DNA from: Methanobacteriota archaeon
GTDB lineage: Archaea; Thermoplasmatota; Poseidoniia; Poseidoniales; Poseidoniaceae
DNA: 64,000 bases
Assembly (NCBI GenBank): GCA_018691345.1
Contig: JABGTJ010000112.1
Coordinates: forward strand, 242-64,241
Direction of reading: 5' to 3'
Of this stretch, positions 1 to 7,456 are shown in pieces. A program made the translations under genes and the position numbers. The notes under the pieces were generated by a model, which did not search any database, was not told where the DNA came from, and worked only from the letters and a program-made list of their open reading frames with translations. Position 1 is the first letter of the stretch. The number at the start of each line of letters is the position of its first letter.

Positions 1-1733
1 CCAGATGCATCGAGGGTAATGTTGTCAAAGGTGTATTCGCCTTCATCGTAGGTAAACGATGCAGTTGGAGCGCGACCGATGAAAATGTCTACACTTGCAT
101 CGTTGTTTGACCGATTCGCATCTTCAGTTACCAGTTCATCAGGGTCAACAGTAAACGATAGAGATTGGTTACCAATTGCTGCATCTGCGGGTACAGTCCA
201 GTTTACTGTTATGCGTTGTTCACTGTACGAAGCAATTGCTGGAACAGATTCACGTATGTTCGTTCCATCAGGTGTGATGACTTCAATTTCTGTCGCAGGA
301 GAACTAAGTACGCCACGGTTTTGGGCAGGAATCGAAAACATCAGTACATCACCTGGAAGAGCCGCATATCCAATAGCTTGGTTCAGGGTGACAGCATCAG
401 TTCCTCGTGAACGCGTGACAATAATTGAATCGGATTGTGCCACTAAGTCAATGCCAACAACATTGAGGTCGATAACAACAGTAGTAGCACCAATTATTTT
501 GTTTACAGGGTCCCACACGATGACTCCATTGCTTGAATAATCATCGCTTGAAGGTGTTGTATCCATTCCATTGGAGACATTCAGCGTATAATTTACAATT
601 CCAGAGCCATCAGTCATAGGATTCGCTAAAAGATTGGTAGATTCATAACGCACTTGCATGTTTTTATTGGCTTGGGGGGCGAATCCGGGAGACGTCTCAT
701 AGGTTGCGGTAAGCACTTGCTCGGAATCAGGTAACGTGGCAAGGAATTGTAAATCGATGTCGACAGCCACATTCCGTGTACCGGGTGTTGAGGTATCGGT
801 AAAACCGTAGGAATCGGCTGGGTTGTATGTTTTCAATAACCAATCGATTGTAAATCCAGCAGCATTTGAAACCCTCATCCAAGAGTTGTATCGGACGGCG
901 GGGCAATACCAGTTGTACCCTTGGGCAACGCCAGTTTCGTTCCATTCGTTAATTTTGAAAGAATCATCACATCCAGTATATTGAATGTTATTTGTTCCGT
1001 CGGTTGGGACACCCTCAGCAGTAATCTGCCAACTGTTGTTTTCGGGACCGGCAGTGTCAAAGGTATTCGGGTCGAAGTAATCCGAAGTACCGCTCACTGT
1101 TGTGGATGAGAAGAATGGCATGTACCATTGGTCCCCAACATGGAGTGGGAAATCATACTTTTCTTTTGCCGGAGAGTAACTTGTATCGAAAGTAATGACT
1201 CCAATATCCTGTGTGAGGAACCCTGCAGGGAATCCAAATATGCATGGGACAAATTTGACATCGAGGGTGAATTTAGAATTGATGACTCCTAAGTCTCGAA
1301 CACGGATTAAATCATCGCCGCTGTAATCGATATCCAACCTGCCTGTAGTTCCATCAAGACTCGCTCCACACGGATCGCTATTTGTTGAACTTGAGAATTG
1401 ACCCTCGATCAACAACTGGTACGCCAAATTCTGTGTTCCGCTCGTGGAAATGAAGAGTGTATTATTCAACGTGTAGGTTGTGTCACCGGTAAGGGTGTTG
1501 AGGGATGCGGAAACATTGGCTTGTGCAATCAGTTGAGCGACATCAAACTTGGTCTCATAGACCCACTCATCGCCAATACGCCATGTAGGGACGTCGATGT
1601 CTTTGTTCCATCCTTCAGCATGCTGGACATCTTGTTCTGAGAGCGCCAAAGTCTGGTAGGATACCATGCTCGACAACGGAGCGGCAAACATCAGGAATAT
1701 CAATCCAAAGACAACTGGGCCAAAGCGATTCAT
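1..1733 (-). CDS. Secreted adhesin-like surface protein, N-terminal 577 aa (3' end lies beyond the window start); paralog of the adjacent 1793..5374 gene
   Basis: Not in the ORF track because no stop lies in the window. Hand translation of the minus strand from ATG (cat at 1731-1733) gives MNRFGPVVFGLIFLMFAAPLSS (signal peptide), and the frame stays open to position 3. It shares DVPTW(R/K)(I/V)GD(E/K)W, YDFP, GY(N/R)WYCP and a CARDB-like block (AQNRGVLSSPATEIEVITPDG...NRSNND) with the neighbouring gene. Confidence 0.75.
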   Translation of the reverse strand, partial: MNRFGPVVFGLIFLMFAAPLSSMVSYQTLALSEQDVQHAEGWNKDIDVPTWRIGDEWVYETKFDVAQLIAQANVSASLNTLTGDTTYTLNNTLFISTSGTQNLAYQLLIEGQFSSSTNSDPCGASLDGTTGRLDIDYSGDDLIRVRDLGVINSKFTLDVKFVPCIFGFPAGFLTQDIGVITFDTSYSPAKEKYDFPLHVGDQWYMPFFSSTTVSGTSDYFDPNTFDTAGPENNSWQITAEGVPTDGTNNIQYTGCDDSFKINEWNETGVAQGYNWYCPAVRYNSWMRVSNAAGFTIDWLLKTYNPADSYGFTDTSTPGTRNVAVDIDLQFLATLPDSEQVLTATYETSPGFAPQANKNMQVRYESTNLLANPMTDGSGIVNYTLNVSNGMDTTPSSDDYSSNGVIVWDPVNKIIGATTVVIDLNVVGIDLVAQSDSIIVTRSRGTDAVTLNQAIGYAALPGDVLMFSIPAQNRGVLSSPATEIEVITPDGTNIRESVPAIASYSEQRITVNWTVPADAAIGNQSLSFTVDPDELVTEDANRSNNDASVDIFIGRAPTASFTYDEGEYTFDNITLDAS

Positions 1734-1792
1734 ACTACTCCGACAGCGTCCTCCTACTTGAGAGGCTTGATTTCTCGTCCCGTAGGGACGGT

Positions 1793-4700
1793 TCAAGGAT
1801 GGGATGCTTGGGCATCGAGGTATTGTTGGCCGTAATGCGACCATTGTTCAGCAGTCCATCCTTCTGGAATGCCATCCGTAGGAGCCGGTGGGCCTTGTTC
1901 GAGGAGCGGTTCTGAAAACGGTACATCCATTTCAGGGATTGTTGGTCTTGGTGGCGTGATTGTCACGTCATCTCCTTCCGAGGAAAACATTTGATTGGAT
2001 GGAGGAGTTGTTGGCCTTCGAGACTGAACTTGGTCGAGGAGTGCTTGGGTTTCGAATTCACGTTCAGCAGGGTCGACGCTCTCCATGTCGGCATTTTGCC
2101 ACGGATCATCCGACGCCTTTCTTTTCCGTCTTCGAGTCATGAGTGCTAAAATCAAAAGCGCAGATACCAGCAGGCCGAGTTGGGCAAGAGGGTTCGCATC
2201 CTCGCCGATGAAAGCAGCACTCACTTGCTCGATGGATGTCCTTTCAGGTGGCGCCACATCGATGGACATGGTTGATTGTCCTGGGCGTTCAGGGTTCTCA
2301 TCCCACGCCATTGCCTTGACGCGAACGGTGCCTGAGTCGCGGAAAATGTGAGTCACTGAAGAGCCGACTAGGTCTGCATCGTTGTCTTTGATGCCGTCAC
2401 CATTGCTGTCAACGGTGATGTCCAAGTCCCAAACAATGGTGAGCCCTTCAAGGTCATTGAGTGAATCAATGGTCTGCTCTGCGCTGAGGTAACATTCCCT
2501 GTAAGCAACGCATTCTGTGTTTTGTAATCTCACAATTGGTGGCATGTTCAGGACTTCAATGACCAAGACTTCGCTTGTTTGTGCACCGTCATCATCGGTG
2601 ACGTGGTAGATGATGGTATGCGAGCCACTTCTGTTCCAAGCATAGGTGAGTACATCGCCTGCAATGTCGCAATCATCATCCGCACCTCCGATATCATCGC
2701 TGTCGATTCCCGGATCGATGTCCCAACACTTCACAAGTGATTCTATGTCACTTTCTGTATCGGTAGAATTCCCTTCAATCGTCACAGATTGACCTTCCGC
2801 AATTGGAAGGAGTGAGACCAATGGCTGCACGACAGGGGGTACATTTCGGATGTTAATCCATCGCTCTTCAATCATGCTTGCTTCACCGTCAGAATCACGA
2901 ACTTCTAAGCGGATTGTGTGAAGTCCTGCTGTGTTCCACTGCATAGGGAAGGTCGATGTCCGCCCGTTGAATGAGTACATCAAGGATGGTTGTTCCCCAT
3001 CAGGCCACCATGTGTGGGTTAACGTTTCTAAATCATCGATTGAATCGAGCGCTTGACCTTTGACCACGATTTCCTCGTCTTCATCCAGGTGCCAAATCTG
3101 CTGTTCATCACTTTCGAGGAACTGGTTGTTCTTCTGCAAAGCAATTGAGGTGCCGTGCGGTGCGATGTTGGTGAATTGAATTTCGATGGTTGCTGGCGTA
3201 ATGGCGTAATCGTCATCGGTCGCTACGGCAGTAAAGGTATGCAGACCCTCAGTTGGGGCTGTTGTCGTACATACTCGAGTGTAATACCCTTCCTTACACA
3301 GGGTGTCTGGCCAATAAACATCGACAGCTCCGGGCCATACCTCCTCCGAATCAGAATCGTTGGCAAAGGCATAGAGTGTGATGGGATGCTCAACTTTTAC
3401 TTCCGTTCTCGAACTGAGGATTTGAATCTCTGGATTTCGGTTCGCAATGAGAACACTCATGATGGCAGTTTGCTCATCTTTTTCCTCATCAGTCACGGTA
3501 ACTTCAACTGGATAGTTTCCGTCATCCATCCATGTCCAGTTGACGGCACAGGATGGCGAAGGGACCGTTTCCCATGCCCAGTTCCTCGAACCATCATCGT
3601 ACGGAATTTTGAATTCACAGGACACAGTGCCTCCATCTTCGTCAAAACTTTCATTGGCAGAGAGTTGCAAAGGTTCCAGAGTCATTGCTGTTGAGTCGGT
3701 AAAAACCGGGGTCGGTAATCGTCCGACGAACATAGAAAGGAACGCTTGATCGTTGGTTGAATTTGCATCTGCGGTGTTGATTCCTTCGGGGTCTGCTTGC
3801 CAAGAGACTGGGATAATACCAATCGCTTGGTCGCTTGGTACCGTCCAAGTAAAGTTGACTTTGTGAGCCTCATAGGTCGCCAGTGACGGAAGTGGATGAG
3901 AAGATATCTGTCCATCTGGTTGTGTAATCGTCATGGTTGCCGGCGTACTGGCAGAAATTCCTCGGTTTTGAACAGCGACTTCGATAAGTAGCTCATCGTT
4001 CGGTAAGATATTCCAGCCAGAGAGCGAATTGAGTTCAGTAAGTTCTCCGCTTCGGTTTCGCAGAACCTTGCCGAAATCTTCGCTTGCAATCAGGTCCAAG
4101 CCAATCAAATATTCGTCGAGTGTGACGGTAGTTGAACCGACTGAAGTTCCAAACGAAGAACCAGCACTGGGTTGGATTCGTGCCACTATGCCGTGGCTTG
4201 CCCAGTCGAGAGCCGAACCAGAAGGGTCTCTTTCATCCCCGGCATCAATGACGACATAGGCACTTCCGTTGCTTTCTGTCGTCGCCAGTTGAACGTTACC
4301 TGTTGCCTCGTGGCGAATTTCAACTGGAATCCCGCTCGTTGTAGAAAAGCAACTTGAAGAGGCATTGACCCAAACCCCCATCGGTGTATTGAGTGCAGTA
4401 ATTTTACTCTCTAAATCAACCGCTAAACACTCGTCACGGACACCGGGGTTGGTGTATTGGTCAAGGCCAGTTGAATCAAGTGGAATGTATTGTTTAAGTC
4501 GGAAATCGATGACCAGCCCAATGTCGTCTTCGGTGTGCAGCCATGCAAAGTTTCTCGCTTCAGGGCAATACCAACGGTATCCCGTTGGCTCGCCATTGCT
4601 GTTAATCGAAGTCAGTTCGTAAGAAGCGTTGCAACCACCGTAGCCAATGGTTAGCCCGTAGCTGTTGCGTGGTTTTCCAATATTCGTGACCTCCCAAGTG

Positions 4701-5374
4701 GTGCTGTTCGTATCGGTTGTAGGAACGGGGAACGGCGTGATGTAATCGCTTGAACCGGACCATGCGGTGGATGCAGTTGTTGTTGTCGTCCACTGCTCAT
4801 CGGCTCGAATCGGGAAGTCATACACTTCGTTTACAGGGCTGTATGTGTTGGTGATGGTGATGTCACCGAGAATTTGCGCAAGGCTCGAAAGGCCAAATGG
4901 GACGAATCGGATGTATAATTCTAAGTCACTTCTCATCGAGGACAAGTCACTGACGCGCAGATATTCCGTTTGTTCAAAAGTGATGTAGACGTTACCGCTG
5001 TATCCGTCAAGCGAGACGCCTGATTTGTCAAAGTTGGCTGAGGTCCGTAAGGTGTAGGCAAGCACAGACTTGTTGTCAACAGTCCGTTCGGTGATGGCCA
5101 TGACTTCAGCCGTAGAATCGCCGTTAATTTCCCCAACAGTCGCTTGGACTCCTGAATCGGTAACGAGTTTTGTTGGATCGAAAGTCCCTGCATAAATCCA
5201 TTTGTCACCAACTTTCCATGTTGGTACATCACTCGCTCCTGGATTTTCAACTGAAAACTGGGGCGGATGTTGTTCGACTAACAACGGTTGGGTAAGCAGC
5301 GGTTGAGTGGTCGCCAGACACAGCAGAGCTACAAGCATCAAAGGAGATGCCAAGCGGAGCGAGGGTGTGCCCAT
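1793..5374 (-). CDS. Large secreted, C-terminally membrane-anchored adhesin-like protein (CARDB-like plus PKD/cadherin-like modules), 1193 aa
   Basis: ORF track gives 1793..5485. Start trimmed to ATG 5374 (MGTPSLRLASPLMLVALLCLATTQ, a signal peptide) because the longer start would overlap tbp by 56 nt. CARDB-like block VAVQNRGISASTPATMTITQPDG...ANSTND. About 5 modules of ~90 aa are delimited by NRNPEI, NIAPHG, NVPPVV and NMPPIV. C-terminal TM LLVSALLILALMT is followed by RRRKRK and a 113-aa Pro-rich tail. Confidence 0.85.
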   Translation of the reverse strand: MGTPSLRLASPLMLVALLCLATTQPLLTQPLLVEQHPPQFSVENPGASDVPTWKVGDKWIYAGTFDPTKLVTDSGVQATVGEINGDSTAEVMAITERTVDNKSVLAYTLRTSANFDKSGVSLDGYSGNVYITFEQTEYLRVSDLSSMRSDLELYIRFVPFGLSSLAQILGDITITNTYSPVNEVYDFPIRADEQWTTTTTASTAWSGSSDYITPFPVPTTDTNSTTWEVTNIGKPRNSYGLTIGYGGCNASYELTSINSNGEPTGYRWYCPEARNFAWLHTEDDIGLVIDFRLKQYIPLDSTGLDQYTNPGVRDECLAVDLESKITALNTPMGVWVNASSSCFSTTSGIPVEIRHEATGNVQLATTESNGSAYVVIDAGDERDPSGSALDWASHGIVARIQPSAGSSFGTSVGSTTVTLDEYLIGLDLIASEDFGKVLRNRSGELTELNSLSGWNILPNDELLIEVAVQNRGISASTPATMTITQPDGQISSHPLPSLATYEAHKVNFTWTVPSDQAIGIIPVSWQADPEGINTADANSTNDQAFLSMFVGRLPTPVFTDSTAMTLEPLQLSANESFDEDGGTVSCEFKIPYDDGSRNWAWETVPSPSCAVNWTWMDDGNYPVEVTVTDEEKDEQTAIMSVLIANRNPEIQILSSRTEVKVEHPITLYAFANDSDSEEVWPGAVDVYWPDTLCKEGYYTRVCTTTAPTEGLHTFTAVATDDDYAITPATIEIQFTNIAPHGTSIALQKNNQFLESDEQQIWHLDEDEEIVVKGQALDSIDDLETLTHTWWPDGEQPSLMYSFNGRTSTFPMQWNTAGLHTIRLEVRDSDGEASMIEERWINIRNVPPVVQPLVSLLPIAEGQSVTIEGNSTDTESDIESLVKCWDIDPGIDSDDIGGADDDCDIAGDVLTYAWNRSGSHTIIYHVTDDDGAQTSEVLVIEVLNMPPIVRLQNTECVAYRECYLSAEQTIDSLNDLEGLTIVWDLDITVDSNGDGIKDNDADLVGSSVTHIFRDSGTVRVKAMAWDENPERPGQSTMSIDVAPPERTSIEQVSAAFIGEDANPLAQLGLLVSALLILALMTRRRKRKASDDPWQNADMESVDPAEREFETQALLDQVQSRRPTTPPSNQMFSSEGDDVTITPPRPTIPEMDVPFSEPLLEQGPPAPTDGIPEGWTAEQWSHYGQQYLDAQASHP

Positions 5375-5429
5375 GTTGGGCCACACTCGCAATAGGACAT
5401 CAAGACTTCTCTTGACCTCATTGAGAAAT

Positions 5430-6044
5430 TCAAAGAAGGTCTGCCAATTCGTCCTTGATAATTTCGACTGCTTCGAGGATTTCATCCTTGTGACGTGCGC
5501 CGGTAATCACCATCTTTCCGCTTCCGAAAATCAAGCAAACAACCTTTGGGTAGTCGAGTCGGTAAATCAAACCGGGGAATTGTTCTGGTTCGTATTCGAC
5601 CTTGTCAAAGGGCAAGTGGAAGGTGAGGTTGTTGAGGTTGAGTTTACGAGGGACTCCAGCAAGAGGCTCATTGGTGAACTTGTCGTTTCCGTCGTAGTCT
5701 TCAGGATAGTGAAGAGCGTAGGTTGCAACCATGTTTTGTACTTCAATTTCCACTTGGTCCAGGTCCCAAGTTTCTATTCCAGCGTCACGTAGATCTGCAA
5801 TCATTCTCTCGATTCCAGTTTCGATGTTTGCTTCGTCTTTACCACCGGTACAAACTGCACGCCCAGAGCGGAACATGAGGATAGCAAGTTTTGGATCAGT
5901 AACACGGTAAACGACACCAGGGAATTGCTCAGGTTCGTATTCGCAGTTGAGCTGGATTGCAATATCCGGCAAATCGAGTTCTTCGGCGACACGGGTGCTC
6001 GCTACAACATTCACTACAGTTAGACGTTCTTCATCGGTTGTCAT
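5430..6044 (-). CDS. tbp: TATA-box-binding protein
   Basis: Two internal repeats, each with EYEPEQFPG(V/L)(V/I)YR and SG(R/K)xVxTG. Length is 204 aa. The second repeat carries a 23-aa insertion (see findings). Confidence 0.95.
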   Translation of the reverse strand: MTTDEERLTVVNVVASTRVAEELDLPDIAIQLNCEYEPEQFPGVVYRVTDPKLAILMFRSGRAVCTGGKDEANIETGIERMIADLRDAGIETWDLDQVEIEVQNMVATYALHYPEDYDGNDKFTNEPLAGVPRKLNLNNLTFHLPFDKVEYEPEQFPGLIYRLDYPKVVCLIFGSGKMVITGARHKDEILEAVEIIKDELADLL

Positions 6045-6065
6045 GATAGGCCCATATATAACGAC

Positions 6066-6073
6066 TATATAAA
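6066..6073 (-). promoter_or_regulatory. TATA box candidate for tbp (leaderless transcript geometry)
   Basis: The minus strand reads CTTCTTTTTATATAGTCGTTATATATGGGCCTATC-ATG. TTTATATA ends 21 nt upstream of the ATG, so the box centre is ~26 nt from the A of the ATG. No Shine-Dalgarno lies in between. Confidence 0.5.
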
Positions 6074-6130
6074 AAGAAGGCAGGCGCCTTACGAACTTTC
6101 ATGGGGGTAGATGGGGTGCTGCGAGCCATT

Positions 6131-7312
6131 TTATTGTGCATTGTCCCAAAGAGGCATATTTTCGCAAACATCGATGGTTAAGCCAGCATTACCAAACCTC
6201 GAAATGATGCTTCTTCCTCCAGCCAGTTCGATTGCTTCGCTGGTTTGTTTTGGATGCCTTGTGAGGGCAACCATGCACCCGCCTCCTCCAGCACCGGTGA
6301 GTTTGGCTCCAAGAGAAGTCGGTGCTGCGGCTCGAATAAGCGTTTCAAGTTCAGGACAAGAGACGCCAAGTCCTTGAAGCATGATTTGATTTTCAGACAT
6401 CGCCCTTCCGACTGCTTCAAAATCTCCATCCTTGAGGGATTGAATACCGCGGCGAGCAATCATTCCAATGGTTTGAATCTCTTTGATTCTCTCCGGCTTC
6501 GCTTCGATAGCTGCTGCAACTTTAGCGACTTGATTTGATGTGGGGGCATAAACGCCTGTGTTTCCAAGTACCAAATACAGGTCCTCGGCGGATTTAGGCA
6601 AATTGACAGAATGAAGATGCCAAGTTCGCTCTCCATCCTCCATCGTCAGTCGTCGAGTGTACAGATAGTCCACATCCGACTCGATAGAATCGCTCAGCAG
6701 TACTGCCCCGCCATGGGAGCATGTGGAAGCATCCATCGGGGAAGCACGTCCACCTTGAGATACAGCCTCTACAGCATGCCCCAGCAACGCTGATTCGTCG
6801 AGAGAGGCGACTTCTTTGCCGACGATATAGTGGGACCTTGGTAAATCGGCTTGCCGTGCAGAAATTTCACGGTTCTCATTCGTGTACACATCGCTATGTT
6901 CCAGGGTACTGGCATATCCTTCCGCCCATGTTTCAGGATTTTGTAAATCGTCAGTCGATGTGTACCAGCGCCCGCGAGCACAACGCAAAGCAGCGCTTGC
7001 AGCAACAGAAAGAGCGGCTGACGAACCAAGTCCAGAAGCAGGTGGGATATCTCCAGTCACTTGGATTGTAAGGCCGGGTGCACTTTGTGATGTCTGCCAC
7101 AGTCGATTACGAAGAGCCTGAACGTGTGGATGTTTCTTTGGATCAAATTGCATGCCGCCAATTTTCCAAGGCGTTTCTCCGGCTTTGACCGATTCGAACG
7201 TCACGGAAATGCGTTGCTCAATCGCCACAGCAACCGCCGGTTCGCCATAAACTACTGCGTGTTCACCGAACAGAATACACTTCCCAGGTGCGCTTGCTGT
7301 AACTCGACCCAT
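6131..7312 (-). CDS. mvk: Mevalonate kinase (GHMP kinase family)
   Basis: PGKCILFGEHAVVYGEPAVAV (motif I), PPASGLGSSAALSVA (motif II), KLTGAGGGGCMVAL (motif III). At 393 aa it is longer than typical archaeal MVKs because of insertions between motifs II and III. Confidence 0.85.
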   Translation of the reverse strand: MGRVTASAPGKCILFGEHAVVYGEPAVAVAIEQRISVTFESVKAGETPWKIGGMQFDPKKHPHVQALRNRLWQTSQSAPGLTIQVTGDIPPASGLGSSAALSVAASAALRCARGRWYTSTDDLQNPETWAEGYASTLEHSDVYTNENREISARQADLPRSHYIVGKEVASLDESALLGHAVEAVSQGGRASPMDASTCSHGGAVLLSDSIESDVDYLYTRRLTMEDGERTWHLHSVNLPKSAEDLYLVLGNTGVYAPTSNQVAKVAAAIEAKPERIKEIQTIGMIARRGIQSLKDGDFEAVGRAMSENQIMLQGLGVSCPELETLIRAAAPTSLGAKLTGAGGGGCMVALTRHPKQTSEAIELAGGRSIISRFGNAGLTIDVCENMPLWDNAQ

Positions 7313-7443
7313 GCTGTCCCCTTCGTGTTCACGAGGGACCTTCGCTTCATATCCCTTGTTCTCAGTTCACTGTCGATGAACAAGAATTGTCGGTGCATTG
7401 AAGGGATGAACGCGTCTGCCATTCTTTAGGGGAATGCTCCCTT

Positions 7444-7450
7444 GAGGTGA
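7444..7450 (+). promoter_or_regulatory. Shine-Dalgarno site (GAGGTGA)
   Basis: GAGGTGA lies 6 nt upstream of ATG 7457. The same heptamer or a close variant precedes several other starts in the window. Confidence 0.6.
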
Positions 7451-7456
7451 GTTACT

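Noticed and set aside
79-540. 153-aa + strand ORF at the window start (with 165..410, 921..1109 and 1398..1640)
   Set aside because: All lie antisense to, or out of frame with, the open minus-strand frame 3..1733. That frame has a signal peptide and clear homology to the neighbouring adhesin-like gene.
1776-1790. Perfect 6-bp hairpin (cgtccc-gta-gggacg) just downstream of the 1793..5374 gene, considered as a terminator
   Set aside because: No oligo-T tract follows on the transcribed (minus) strand. The next gene starts 43 nt further on with an AGGAGG in between, so read-through co-transcription is more likely. It might still be a processing or stability element.
5307-5792. 161-aa + strand ORF spanning the tbp 3' half and the adhesin-gene start
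   Set aside because: It is antisense to tbp, whose identity is certain, and has no independent support.
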